From assembly GCA_002688265.1 (NCBI GenBank), contig NZCK01000019.1:1-62343 (forward strand): a stretch of 62,343 bases of DNA, in the 5' to 3' direction. Positions 45,558-55,472 of the stretch are shown piece after piece (the stretch's first letter is position 1; the number at the start of each line of letters is the position of its first letter). Under the pieces are notes generated by a model. That model was not told where the DNA came from, searched no databases, and was given only the letters and a program-made list of their open reading frames with translations. The translations under genes and the position numbers were made by a program. This DNA comes from an archaeon. GTDB taxonomy: Archaea; Nanobdellota; Nanobdellia; Woesearchaeales; GW2011-AR9.

Positions 45558-45950
45558 ATGTTTGAAAATGTTAGAAACACAGGATTGGTTTTGCTTGTAG
45601 CATCAAGTGTTATGGTTTCTTGCGCAAAGCCAAGTCCAGTGATTCCTTTTAATTTGAGTGCAGATTTTGTTGTTCCTGTAGCAAATTATTTTGATGAACC
45701 AAAATTGGATGATTCTGGTAGAGTATTAGAAATTAGTTCAATAGGCGTTTCTTGTGGTTATAGTGCAGATGAAGGTTCTTGGTTTTTAGCTAAGCCAGAA
45801 TACTTTATAGATCTGAGTCAAGTTCCTTTGGAATGTAATGTAACTGATTATGATTTGCTTTTCAACCCAGATAAACCGTTTTGTTATGATTGGATGAATG
45901 AACAAGCGAGATTAGCTTGTGGTGGAGATGTCAAGTTTAAGATAATGTAA
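45558..45950 (+). CDS. Small secreted protein with lipobox-like signal (MVSC)
   Basis: MFENVRNTGLVLLVASSVMVSCAKP. Trimmed from TTG 45549, which overlaps the rtcB stop. Confidence 0.5.
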   Translation: MFENVRNTGLVLLVASSVMVSCAKPSPVIPFNLSADFVVPVANYFDEPKLDDSGRVLEISSIGVSCGYSADEGSWFLAKPEYFIDLSQVPLECNVTDYDLLFNPDKPFCYDWMNEQARLACGGDVKFKIM

Positions 45951-46004
45951 TTTGTCTCTTAAGAAATAAGATGGGATGGTTTAACTCAAGAGGAAGCAAG
46001 TTTA

Positions 46005-46616
46005 ATGATAAACATGAAACTACAAGAACTTCGAAGACAAATATTGCACATAATTACTGGAACAATAATTCTATTTGGATTTTATTATGATTTGTTATCT
46101 TCTTTGAGTATATTTTTAATTCTAATCTCTGGAATAATTCTCTCTTTCATTGTTAAATATCAAAGATTAGTTTTTATCTCAGACTTCTTAGAACTGTTTC
46201 AACGTCAAGAGGAACAAGATTCAGTTCCAGCTAAAGGAGCTATCTTCTTTTTCTTAGGAGTGCTTTTGGCAACAAAGATTTTTACAAAAGACATAGCACT
46301 TGCTTCCATTGCAATACTCACTTTTGGGGATTCTATTAGTCATATTTTTGGAAAAGAATTTGGAAGAGTGAAGAATTTCTTGAACAATAATAGTAAGAAA
46401 GCGCTTGAGGGATCCATCTTTGGTGCAGTGTGTGCTTTTTTTGGAGCAGTTATTTTTGTAAGACCTTTTGAAGCTTTTTTAGCATCATTCATTGCAATGT
46501 TTGCTGAATTGGCAGAAATGAAATTAGCAGAAGAAATAATTGATGATAACCTTTTAATCCCACTAGTTGCTGGAACGGTGATTACACTTTTGAGAAAGTT
46601 TTTTGTAGGATTTTGA
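46005..46616 (+). CDS. CTP-transferase-1 family membrane protein (dolichol/polyprenol kinase-like or cytidylyltransferase-like)
   Basis: About 6 TM helices. FGDSISHIFGKEFGR...KKALEGSIFGAVCAFFGAV resembles the K-x-x-EGS block of CdsA/dolichol kinase families. Confidence 0.5.
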   Translation: MINMKLQELRRQILHIITGTIILFGFYYDLLSSLSIFLILISGIILSFIVKYQRLVFISDFLELFQRQEEQDSVPAKGAIFFFLGVLLATKIFTKDIALASIAILTFGDSISHIFGKEFGRVKNFLNNNSKKALEGSIFGAVCAFFGAVIFVRPFEAFLASFIAMFAELAEMKLAEEIIDDNLLIPLVAGTVITLLRKFFVGF

Positions 46617-46633
46617 TTTTAAATAGAATGATT

Positions 46634-48997
46634 TTACATTTTCCCATATATGAAAATATCTTTTCTAAATGGGTACTTGCTTACTTTATAACTTGGCAAT
46701 TTTTTGAAACCTGCTTTCTTAAATAGACTAAGAATCTTAGTTTTATCTTCGATCACATTACTATTCGGTGCTACATTCAAAAAATGATGTGTTATATAGA
46801 AACAATATTTGGCATTTGTTGGCAATATTTTTTCTATTTTATTTAGATAAGAAGCCAAATCTTCTACATGTCCAAGATCATTATGAGAGATGAAAACATT
46901 AGCCTTAGTTACAGACCTAGGGATATTTCCTGGTCTGATCTTATGAATATCTACTTTGTGAGATCGCTTTTGCTTTTTGATTATATATCGCAAATAAATT
47001 CTTTCCTCATTAGATGAACAAAAGATATGATGTTTTTTATAATCATGTTTTTTTCGATGAATCATATGACTAATAATACCTGTTGGTGAATTAGAATCAA
47101 CTATCACAGTATTTTTATTATAAGGACCTGTGATTTTAAGAATTTGCCGGTAAGCTGGCAAGACTTTTGGAAGAAAGTGGAAATAGTGTCTCATTTTGGC
47201 GAGAAATGATTTTCTCAAAGTGATATATTCTACTTCATAGAATAACTCAATAAAGAAGTAGGCTGGAATTCCAAACAAAACAAGAGCTATTGATATTTTT
47301 AATATCTCCCAAGCATGATGAGTTTCTTTAGTGAACATAAAGAGTAAGAATAGCATGAAAAGAACAGTAAAAATAGGTCCAACTTTTCCAAAAGGAACTT
47401 TATAAGACCTATTTATATTAGGTTTTTTGAATCTTAAAATAACAACAGCCAATAAAACAGCTGAGTAAATGGCAAGTATAATTGGAACTAACATATGCAG
47501 TAAAGTCTCATAGTTTCCAGAACCAATGATTACAAGAACAATCAAAGTGATTACTTGAAAAGCTATTGAGATATAAGGACTTTTGTATTTTGGATGTACT
47601 TTTGCAAATTGAACAAAAAACAATTTGTCTTCAGCAACTGACATTAATAATCTTGGTGCGGTAACAATCCAACACGCAACAGCACCTATGATTGAAATGA
47701 ATACAAGTATTGTAAAAATTAAGGATCCTGTTGATCCGAACATGGCTCCAGCTAAATCTGCAAGTGGTGCAGTTGAAGACCCATAAGTTTGCCAAGGAAT
47801 CACTCCCATTGATACTAATGAAAGTAGTAAGGCTAATACTGCAATGATGACTGTTCCCCAAATTAAAGCTTTTGGCATAACTTTCTTAGGATTTTTTGTT
47901 TCGGCACTCAAGAACACTGCACTTTCCCACCCGAAAAAGGTTTCAGCAATAAAAAATATAGTAAGCAAGATAGAGAAGCTAGGCATAACAAAAAATGGAT
48001 CAAAATTAGCAAAATCCAACTTAAACAGACCAGGGATAATTAAACCTAAGACTGTTGCAAGGGTAACAAGAGCAAAAGAAACCAAAATAAAAACCCCTGT
48101 TTGCATTCCTGTATAAGCCACCAAATTGAATGCAAAAATTAGAACTATGGCAATTAGGATATAGTATTGAGAGTGATTTGGAATTAAATATTGAAGAGCA
48201 CCAAGAAGTAGCATAGCAATAGTAATGTTTCCGGCAATCGCTGTCATCCAACCAATAGCAAAAGACCAGAATCTGCCATATGCTTGCTTTGCAAATTCAT
48301 AAACTCCTCCTGCTTTTGGAAACATTGCCGTTAATTCGCTAAAACACATGGCAATATACAAAGAAATAATTGATAGAACGGCCCAAGATATTAAAGATGC
48401 TGGACCAGCATTTTTTGCACCAGCTGCTGTTAAAAAATAAATACCAGTTCCCATGATGGAATTTACTGTGATTAAGAGTATTGCTTTGAAAGGTAAAATC
48501 CCCTTCATAGTTTCTTCGTGAGTGTGCTTTAACTTCTTTGAACCTTTCTCTTTTGTAGCAACATTCCTGAGCCTCAAAAACCTTGGCAGCCTTGTTGCAA
48601 CTCTTAGCAAACGCAGCATTCTACCAGATCTTGCAGCAATTCTTAAGACTCTAACTCCTCTTAATCCTTGAGATAGGGCTAAACCTCTAACATCTATGAA
48701 TAAGAAGTTTAGAGGGATTGTTGCTATGATATCTAGCCAGTATTTCCTAAACCAAGTTTGCCAATTAGCTTCTTCTTTGAAACGAAAGTGCAAATCGATT
48801 GCAAAGATAATTATAATATATGCATCAAAAATATTTACAAAAACTCTAGTAATCAAGTTGATACTAAAGAATAGATCATAAATTGTTATTGTGAGTAGTA
48901 GTATTAGTGATGGAGGGATGAGTAGAGAGACTATGTTGTCTAAGTTTGATTTACTGCGAGCATTTGTTCTAGTAGAATTTTTTCTTGGTTCAACCAT
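46634..48997 (-). CDS. Three-part fusion: voltage-sensor-like domain (S1-S4), APC-family amino acid/polyamine permease, and a degenerate class I methyltransferase-like domain
   Basis: S4-like RGVRVLRIAARSGRMLRLLRVATRLPRFLRLR preceded by YWLDIIATIPLNFLF. APC block ITVNSIMGTGIYFL...GPASLISWAVL...FSELTAMFPKAGGVYEF. C-terminus NVFISHNDLGHVEDLASYLNKIEKILPTNAKY is MTase-like, but motif I reads VIVDSNSPTG. Confidence 0.7.
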   Translation of the reverse strand: MVEPRKNSTRTNARSKSNLDNIVSLLIPPSLILLLTITIYDLFFSINLITRVFVNIFDAYIIIIFAIDLHFRFKEEANWQTWFRKYWLDIIATIPLNFLFIDVRGLALSQGLRGVRVLRIAARSGRMLRLLRVATRLPRFLRLRNVATKEKGSKKLKHTHEETMKGILPFKAILLITVNSIMGTGIYFLTAAGAKNAGPASLISWAVLSIISLYIAMCFSELTAMFPKAGGVYEFAKQAYGRFWSFAIGWMTAIAGNITIAMLLLGALQYLIPNHSQYYILIAIVLIFAFNLVAYTGMQTGVFILVSFALVTLATVLGLIIPGLFKLDFANFDPFFVMPSFSILLTIFFIAETFFGWESAVFLSAETKNPKKVMPKALIWGTVIIAVLALLLSLVSMGVIPWQTYGSSTAPLADLAGAMFGSTGSLIFTILVFISIIGAVACWIVTAPRLLMSVAEDKLFFVQFAKVHPKYKSPYISIAFQVITLIVLVIIGSGNYETLLHMLVPIILAIYSAVLLAVVILRFKKPNINRSYKVPFGKVGPIFTVLFMLFLLFMFTKETHHAWEILKISIALVLFGIPAYFFIELFYEVEYITLRKSFLAKMRHYFHFLPKVLPAYRQILKITGPYNKNTVIVDSNSPTGIISHMIHRKKHDYKKHHIFCSSNEERIYLRYIIKKQKRSHKVDIHKIRPGNIPRSVTKANVFISHNDLGHVEDLASYLNKIEKILPTNAKYCFYITHHFLNVAPNSNVIEDKTKILSLFKKAGFKKLPSYKVSKYPFRKDIFIYGKM

Positions 48998-49024
48998 CCT
49001 ATTAAAAGGTAATTATTTTGGTAT

Positions 49025-50644
49025 TTAATTGTTTCCTTGAGGAAGGTTGAGTTGTAAAGCTTCCTTTCTCATCTTGATTTTTCTCTTTTGTCTATTATAA
49101 TTAATAACTAAAGTATGTGTTGCGTCTCTAATCTTTCTAATCAAAAGCATCATAGGACTGGTTTTCTTGAATTTTAGCGTATCATTTGAATTTGGTAAAA
49201 CAATCTCTTCATCTTGTTTCGCTAAACCAATAAGGGGAATTTGAAGATTTAATTGTTTAAGCGCTTTCATTGAAGCTGTAACTTGACCCTTACCACCATC
49301 GATAATTATTAACTCAGGCATTTCTTTGTTTTCTTTTTGTAATCTATGATACCTTCTATAAACAACTTCACGCATTGCTGCAAAATCGTCTTGTTTGCCT
49401 AAAGTAGATTGAATTTCGAATTTGCGGTAAGCTGTTTTGTTGGCTTTGCCATCTTTGAATTGAGTCATTCCAGCTACAATGTGTTCATCACCCAAATTAG
49501 AGATATCAAAACACTCAATTGTTTGTGGAAGTTCAGGAAGATTAAGTTTGTCTTGTAATTCTTGCAAAATTTTGTTTTCTAAAAGATAATGGGCATTCTT
49601 TTCAGCTATTTCAATTAGTTTTACTTTGTCTCCCCTTTGAGGAATAATGAATTCTACTTTTGATCCTTTTAGTCTTGTTAAATAACCTTCAAGGGCCTTC
49701 TTATCTGACTTATTATTCCAAGCTTTTCTATTAATGATAATCTCACTTGGAATTGAATTTTTTGAATAATATAACTTTATGAAATCTTCTAAAAGTTCTG
49801 GGTCGTTATCAAACTTGTACTCTTTCTTCCCAGAAATAACCCCTTTGTGAATTGAAAAAACAATTATTGCTGTTTTGTTTTTCTGTTCTAGCATCGCTAC
49901 TACATCTTGGTTGTATCTGACTATTCTATCTACTGCTTGTTTTGCTTCCATGTACTGAATCGCTTCAAGTTGTTTGCGTTTTTCGAGTGCCAATTCAAAG
50001 TTTAAGTTTTCTGCAGCAGTTTTCATATCTCTTTGTAATTGTTTTTCTATTACTTTACTATTGCCTTTGAGAAATTGAATTGCTTGTTTTACTTGCTCTT
50101 GATATTCTCTTTCTGTAATTTTTTTAATACAAGGACCTTTGCATAAATTGATATGATAATTAAGACAAGCTCGTTTAGGTAAATTTTTGCAAGTTCTAAG
50201 TTTGAAAATTTTTAGACAAAGTTGAATTAATTCACGTCTGGCACTGCCATCAGTAAATGGTCCAAAATAAGTTCCATCTTTTTTGATGATTCTAGTTGAT
50301 AAAATCCTTGGAAACTTTTCGTTGGTTGTAAGTTTAATGTAAGCGTAACTTTTGGCATCTTTTAAAGTAATATTGTATTTTGGTTTATGTTGTTTGATGA
50401 GTTTGTTTTCTAACAGCAAGGCTTCTACTTCAGTGTTAACAACTATGGTTTGTAAATCTGTGATGTTTTTGACAAGAACGATGGTTTTAGCAGAATGAGT
50501 TTTTTTATTAGATTCTTGAAAGTATGATCTAACTCTGTTCCTAAGGTTTTTAGCTTTACCAATGTAGATAATGTTGTTATTTTTATCTTTGAATAGGTAG
50601 ACTCCTGGATCTTTTGGTAGGTTGGTTAGTTGTTCTTGAAGCAT
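49025..50644 (-). CDS. uvrC: Excinuclease ABC subunit C
   Basis: GIY-YIG N-terminus (GVYLFKDKNNNIIYIGKAKNLRNRVRSYF), UvrBC-interaction and endonuclease V-like regions. At 539 aa it is shorter than typical. Confidence 0.9.
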   Translation of the reverse strand: MLQEQLTNLPKDPGVYLFKDKNNNIIYIGKAKNLRNRVRSYFQESNKKTHSAKTIVLVKNITDLQTIVVNTEVEALLLENKLIKQHKPKYNITLKDAKSYAYIKLTTNEKFPRILSTRIIKKDGTYFGPFTDGSARRELIQLCLKIFKLRTCKNLPKRACLNYHINLCKGPCIKKITEREYQEQVKQAIQFLKGNSKVIEKQLQRDMKTAAENLNFELALEKRKQLEAIQYMEAKQAVDRIVRYNQDVVAMLEQKNKTAIIVFSIHKGVISGKKEYKFDNDPELLEDFIKLYYSKNSIPSEIIINRKAWNNKSDKKALEGYLTRLKGSKVEFIIPQRGDKVKLIEIAEKNAHYLLENKILQELQDKLNLPELPQTIECFDISNLGDEHIVAGMTQFKDGKANKTAYRKFEIQSTLGKQDDFAAMREVVYRRYHRLQKENKEMPELIIIDGGKGQVTASMKALKQLNLQIPLIGLAKQDEEIVLPNSNDTLKFKKTSPMMLLIRKIRDATHTLVINYNRQKRKIKMRKEALQLNLPQGNN

Positions 50645-50751
50645 GGTTGAATAAATATAGGTTTATAGATATAAATGCTTTTTTAACTTATTGCAGTTTT
50701 ATCTACTCTTCACTAGAAATACTTATAATAAATTGCTAAAAATTCAGATAT

Positions 50752-51537
50752 ATGAGAATAGTAAACACATTTAATGATCCAAATAGTCCTGGGCCAAGTT
50801 ATCACTTAGGTATTGATGGAGCATACCCAAATGTAATTACAGGAGGAGATCCTGATAGAATTGAAAAATTAGCAGGTCTTTTAGATGATGCAGTATACAT
50901 TCATAAAAGAGGTAATCTTACAGTACATGGATTTTATGAAGGACTTCCTGTAACTGCTTTTTCTACTGGAATGGGTCCATCAAGTGTTTGTATTACTCTA
51001 CCTGAAGTAATTGAAGCTTGCGATGACGATGATATGCTTTTACTTCGAATTGGAACATCTGGAGGACTTAAAACACATTTAGCTGTAGGAGATAATGTGG
51101 TAACTAGTGATGTGTTTCATGATGAAGGTGTTTCAGCAAAGATCATGGGTGAAGGGTATCAAGGCAGTGCTTCAGAAGACTTTAGAAAAGTTATAGAGAA
51201 AGTAGCAAGAAGAAATAATATCACCAATGGTTTAGATGTTTTTGTAGGAAAAACTGTTACTACGGACGTGCTTTATTTCGATGCAATAGGTGATCTTAGC
51301 CGATATGAAAACTCTTTAGCAATTTCAATGGAGTTTGGTGTTATCGCTGCTCTAAGAGATTGGTATAACCAAAATGATGGAAGAAGAATTATGGCAGGAA
51401 ATCTCTTAAGAGTTAGTAATATGTTAGTTAGATCTGATGTGGATTCTAAAGTAAGTAGACCAAGTCCAGATGAGATAGAATATCTACATATTAAATCAGG
51501 ACTTGATGCTCTTGTTGCTATGAGAAGAAAGAGATAA
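50752..51537 (+). CDS. Nucleoside phosphorylase, PNP/UDP family 1 (uridine or purine nucleoside phosphorylase-like)
   Basis: GDPDRIEKLA, VTAFSTGMGPSS, LLRIGTSGGL and AISMEFGVIAAL. Confidence 0.75.
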   Translation: MRIVNTFNDPNSPGPSYHLGIDGAYPNVITGGDPDRIEKLAGLLDDAVYIHKRGNLTVHGFYEGLPVTAFSTGMGPSSVCITLPEVIEACDDDDMLLLRIGTSGGLKTHLAVGDNVVTSDVFHDEGVSAKIMGEGYQGSASEDFRKVIEKVARRNNITNGLDVFVGKTVTTDVLYFDAIGDLSRYENSLAISMEFGVIAALRDWYNQNDGRRIMAGNLLRVSNMLVRSDVDSKVSRPSPDEIEYLHIKSGLDALVAMRRKR

Positions 51538-51574
51538 ATTTCTTAATTTTTTAGAAAAAGCTTATATTATTTCT

Positions 51575-51868
51575 TTGAGAAATCAGTCACTTGATGAAGT
51601 AAGAAATGATCTAAATTATGTTAAGAGAAGGGTAGCAGAAGACTGTGAACAACCAATAGAATATGTAAATAAACAAGTAGAAATAATCTCCAAAATGCCA
51701 GATATCATGTTAAAACATATTTATGAATCAGTAGGCACTGCCTGGAATCAATTAAACAGAGAAAGATTTTTGGATTTAATTTCAGGAAAATATGCAGATA
51801 AAAAACATATTGCAGTGAGTTGTGGATATAATCATAACGAAGTGTTTAGACCACTTTATGGCATATAA
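51575..51868 (+). CDS. Hypothetical protein
   Basis: 97-aa ORF with a TTG start as given by the track. No family recognised. Confidence 0.4.
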   Translation: MRNQSLDEVRNDLNYVKRRVAEDCEQPIEYVNKQVEIISKMPDIMLKHIYESVGTAWNQLNRERFLDLISGKYADKKHIAVSCGYNHNEVFRPLYGI

Positions 51869-51920
51869 TTTCACTTCAACAACTTTGTTAATAACTCGTA
51901 ACCATTAGTATTTTGGTTGC

Positions 51921-54884
51921 TTATCCTTGAGCAGAGTTATTTCTTGATTCACGTCGAAATAAATCCTTCAAAAACTGACCAGTATAACTTTTCTTAACCT
52001 TAGCAATTTCTTCTGGTGTCCCTTTAGCTAAAACAATCCCACCTTTCTCCCCACCTTCAGGACCCAAATCTATCACATAATCACAAGATTTGATCACATC
52101 CAAATTATGCTCAATCACATAAATAGAATTGCCTTTATCAACCAAACGATTGAGAACCTGCAATAACTTACGAATATCCTCAAAATGCAGACCAGTAGTT
52201 GGTTCGTCTAGTAAATAAACAGTATGTCCACGTTTTTGCTTAGCAAGTTCACGAGTTAATTTAATTCTCTGAGATTCACCACCAGAAAGAGTAATGGCAC
52301 TTTGACCCAACTTAATATATCCTAGACCAACATCATACAAAGTTTGAACTTTACGTTTAATCGAAGGATGGTTTTCAAAAAACAAAAGAGCAGCTTCGAC
52401 AGTCATATTCAAAACATCAGCAATATTCTTTTCTTTAAACAAAATAGAAAGTGTATCTTTATTGTACCTTTTTCCTTTACATTCATCACAAGTCACATAA
52501 ACGTCAGGCAAAAAATTCATTTCAATTTTAATAGTCCCATCTCCACGACAACTTTCACACCTACCACCTGGAATATTAAAACTAAAACGTCCAGCTTTGT
52601 AAGCTCGCATTCTAGCTTCTTTGGTTCCAGCATAAATTTTACGAATTTCATCAAAAATTTTAGTATAAGTTGCAGGATTAGACCTTGGAGTTTTTCCAAT
52701 AGGTTCCTGATTGATCAAAATTACACTTTTAACATCTTCTGGAATTGAAAGAGATTTGTGCGCTCCCATTTTCTCAAACGTTTGACCTAACTTCTTCTTT
52801 AAAGCAGGGATAAGTGTTTGATTCATTAAAGTAGATTTTCCAGAACCAGAAACTCCAGTTATGACACAAAGAATTTTGGTTGGCAAAGTAATATTGACAT
52901 TTTGCAAATTGTTCTGAGTGCAACCAATCAAAGTAATCTCATCTTTAGAAGTCTTTGGAAGTTCCCTTCTTTTTGTAGGTAACTCTATTTGTTCCTTTCC
53001 ACACAAAAACTGACCTGTGTGGCTGGCTTTATTTTTCATAACTTGCTCAGGTGTCCCTTCAGCTACAATTGATCCGCCATGTACACCAGCGCCAGGTCCC
53101 ATATCTATTAAATAGTCAGCCGCTCGCATAGTGTCTTCATCATGCTCAACAACAATTAAAGTATTACCAAGGTCCCGCAGACGATGAAGTGTGGCAATTA
53201 ACTTTTGATTGTCTTTTTGATGTAATCCAATACTTGGTTCATCTAATATGTACATAACTCCCATTAAATTTGCACCAATTTGAGTTGCTAACCTGATCCT
53301 TTGCGCTTCCCCACCACTCAATGTTCTTGCGGTTCTTGACAGATTAAGATATCCCAGCCCTACATTGTTTAGAAAAGTAAGTCTGTCAGTAATTTCTTTG
53401 AGAATTTGGCTGGCAATGAATAAATCTTTTTCGTTCAATTTTTTTGGAATGATTGTTATAAATTCTAGAGACCTTTCAATACTCAAATCTGTAATTTCAA
53501 TAATGTTCTTACGAGCAATCTTTACTGCAAGCATAGTTTCTTTCAAACGTTTACCCTCACAAATTTGACAAGGCTTACTTCGCATCATAGTCTCAAGTTT
53601 TTTCCTACGGTATTCAGACTCTGTTTGTTTGTAAAGACGCATACTCTGAGGAATTATTCCTTCAAAGCCTTGGTCCATATGCATTCTAGCACCAGTGCTC
53701 CACCTACCTCGAATCTTTTCAGTAGTTCCATAAAGCAAGATTTGTAATTGTTTTTCAGTGTAGTCTTTTATTGGTGTAAAAATATCAAAACCAGATTGTT
53801 TTCCAACAACAGCAATTTGCTGGCTACGCCATTTATTATCCATTTTACTATAAATAGCAATGGCACCATCAATAATACTCAATTTTTTGTTTGGGATTAT
53901 AAGTTCAGGGTCAATTTCTAAATGCTCACCTAGACCAGAACAGGTCCCACAAGCTCCAAACGGAGAATTGAAAGAAAACATTCTTGGCTCCAATTCTTCG
54001 AAAGTGATCTCTTGATGAGTTGGACAAGCACCAAAATTGGAGTACAAAGTTTCACCAGCACCTCTTCCAATTTGTTTTAGTGTTTCACTTTTACCTGTTT
54101 TATTCTTTGAAGATTTTGATTTATTTCTAGAATTTTTTTTGATATTCTCTTCTGCCCTTTTATCTGGATCCAGAACAACCAATTTTCCATCACCTTTTTG
54201 TAAAGCAGTTTCCACAGCTTCACTGAGCCTTAACCTAGTTTCTTGATTAATAGTAATTCGATCAATCACAGCTTCAATCCAATGTTTTTCGTATCTACCT
54301 AACTTTATCTCATCTTTAATTGTATCTAAACGATAAATTCTCCCATCGCATCTTACTCTGCTGAACCCTTCCTTTAATAGATCATCAAATATTTGTTCAT
54401 GAGTTCCTTTTTTCCCTCTAACGATTGGAGCTAAAATGATTAATTGTTTGCCAATGTCAGACATGATCATATTGGTGATAGTTTCTGCACTCAGTGGTTT
54501 AATTGGGCTATCACATTTAGGACAATGAACCGTTCCAATTCTGGCGTATAGAAGCCTTAGGTAATCATAAATTTCTGTTACAGTTCCGACAGTGGATCTA
54601 GGATTTTTACTAGTGGTTTTTTGTTCAATAGAAATTGCTGGTGAGAGACCTTCAATACTGTCAATATCAGGTTTGTTCATGATCCCTAAGAATTGTCTAG
54701 CATATGAAGATAGAGACTCAACGTAACGCCTTTGTCCTTCAGCGTAGATTGTGTCGAAGGCTAAACTGGATTTTCCACTTCCTGATAATCCAGTGATAAC
54801 TGTGAATTTGTTTCTTGGAATAGTAACTGTGATGTTTTTTAGATTATGTTGCCGAGCACCACGTACTATAATATCTTTTAACAT
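51921..54884 (-). CDS. uvrA: Excinuclease ABC subunit A
   Basis: GLSGSGKSSLAFDTIYAEGQRRYVESLSSYARQF, two ABC modules and zinc-finger cysteines. Start trimmed from 54965 to ATG 54884 (MLKDIIVRGARQHNLKNI). Confidence 0.95.
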   Translation of the reverse strand: MLKDIIVRGARQHNLKNITVTIPRNKFTVITGLSGSGKSSLAFDTIYAEGQRRYVESLSSYARQFLGIMNKPDIDSIEGLSPAISIEQKTTSKNPRSTVGTVTEIYDYLRLLYARIGTVHCPKCDSPIKPLSAETITNMIMSDIGKQLIILAPIVRGKKGTHEQIFDDLLKEGFSRVRCDGRIYRLDTIKDEIKLGRYEKHWIEAVIDRITINQETRLRLSEAVETALQKGDGKLVVLDPDKRAEENIKKNSRNKSKSSKNKTGKSETLKQIGRGAGETLYSNFGACPTHQEITFEELEPRMFSFNSPFGACGTCSGLGEHLEIDPELIIPNKKLSIIDGAIAIYSKMDNKWRSQQIAVVGKQSGFDIFTPIKDYTEKQLQILLYGTTEKIRGRWSTGARMHMDQGFEGIIPQSMRLYKQTESEYRRKKLETMMRSKPCQICEGKRLKETMLAVKIARKNIIEITDLSIERSLEFITIIPKKLNEKDLFIASQILKEITDRLTFLNNVGLGYLNLSRTARTLSGGEAQRIRLATQIGANLMGVMYILDEPSIGLHQKDNQKLIATLHRLRDLGNTLIVVEHDEDTMRAADYLIDMGPGAGVHGGSIVAEGTPEQVMKNKASHTGQFLCGKEQIELPTKRRELPKTSKDEITLIGCTQNNLQNVNITLPTKILCVITGVSGSGKSTLMNQTLIPALKKKLGQTFEKMGAHKSLSIPEDVKSVILINQEPIGKTPRSNPATYTKIFDEIRKIYAGTKEARMRAYKAGRFSFNIPGGRCESCRGDGTIKIEMNFLPDVYVTCDECKGKRYNKDTLSILFKEKNIADVLNMTVEAALLFFENHPSIKRKVQTLYDVGLGYIKLGQSAITLSGGESQRIKLTRELAKQKRGHTVYLLDEPTTGLHFEDIRKLLQVLNRLVDKGNSIYVIEHNLDVIKSCDYVIDLGPEGGEKGGIVLAKGTPEEIAKVKKSYTGQFLKDLFRRESRNNSAQG

Positions 54885-54920
54885 GATGGCACCTCTCTGT
54901 GCTCTTGGCAACGATCGACA

Positions 54921-54986
54921 AGCTTTGCTTGTCGAAAATTGATTTCTTTTTTCACTTGCCAGCAAGGGACATTCGCCACACTAAAT
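54921..54986. repeat. GC-rich intergenic element, copy C (short; abuts the uvrA start region)
   Basis: AAAATTGATTTCTTTTTTCACTTGCCAGCAAGGGACATTCGCCACACTAAATG. The 14-nt run CTTGCCAGCAAGGG is identical to copy A (4450-4463). Confidence 0.45.
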
Positions 54987-55186
54987 GAGGAGTTAGTTAT
55001 TCTTGATATATTGACGCTCGCACTACTGATTTCTGTTTGGGTGTAATTTACGTCTTTTAGCATACCATAGTATATTTTTGAGTCTGCTATATAAATCTTG
55101 AGTAGAGCTGTCCTGTGGGTAGTGGGTGTAGAAGTAAACAGATAATGAAGAACAAGTTTTTATAGTGCTAAGGAGTTCTAATTTTT

Positions 55187-55468
55187 ATGTTAATCCTTCC
55201 AAGAAATGACCTCAAGAAACAAGAACTGCTAGAGCCAATTGCAGCTAAATTTCAAAAGGACAGAGAATATTTGGAATCTGAAGTTAACAAAATAATCAAA
55301 TCTTTTGACACTGAAGATCATGTCCTATTTAGGCGTGAACTAATAAATTTTAATTATCTTGGACGTGACCCTTACAAAGGGGTTTACTGGTTGAAAAAAA
55401 GTAAACTTTCTGAAGAAGAATTAGAGAAAATAGCGGCTAGACAGAAAAAGATAAGGAAGATAGAGTAA
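55187..55468 (+). CDS. Hypothetical protein
   Basis: 93-aa ORF with AAGGAG 12 nt upstream and a TTTTTATAG box further up. No family recognised. Confidence 0.5.
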   Translation: MLILPRNDLKKQELLEPIAAKFQKDREYLESEVNKIIKSFDTEDHVLFRRELINFNYLGRDPYKGVYWLKKSKLSEEELEKIAARQKKIRKIE

Positions 55469-55472
55469 CTTT

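Noticed and set aside
54878-55063. 61-aa ORF, and the 27-codon N-terminal extension of uvrA (to 54965)
   Set aside because: Both run through GC-rich element C and have no coding signal. UvrA homologs begin at the MLKDIIVRGARQHNL equivalent, ATG 54884. The alg13 extension (to 34015), the rpl15e extension (to 35327) and the 35465-36046 extension are rejected on the same logic.
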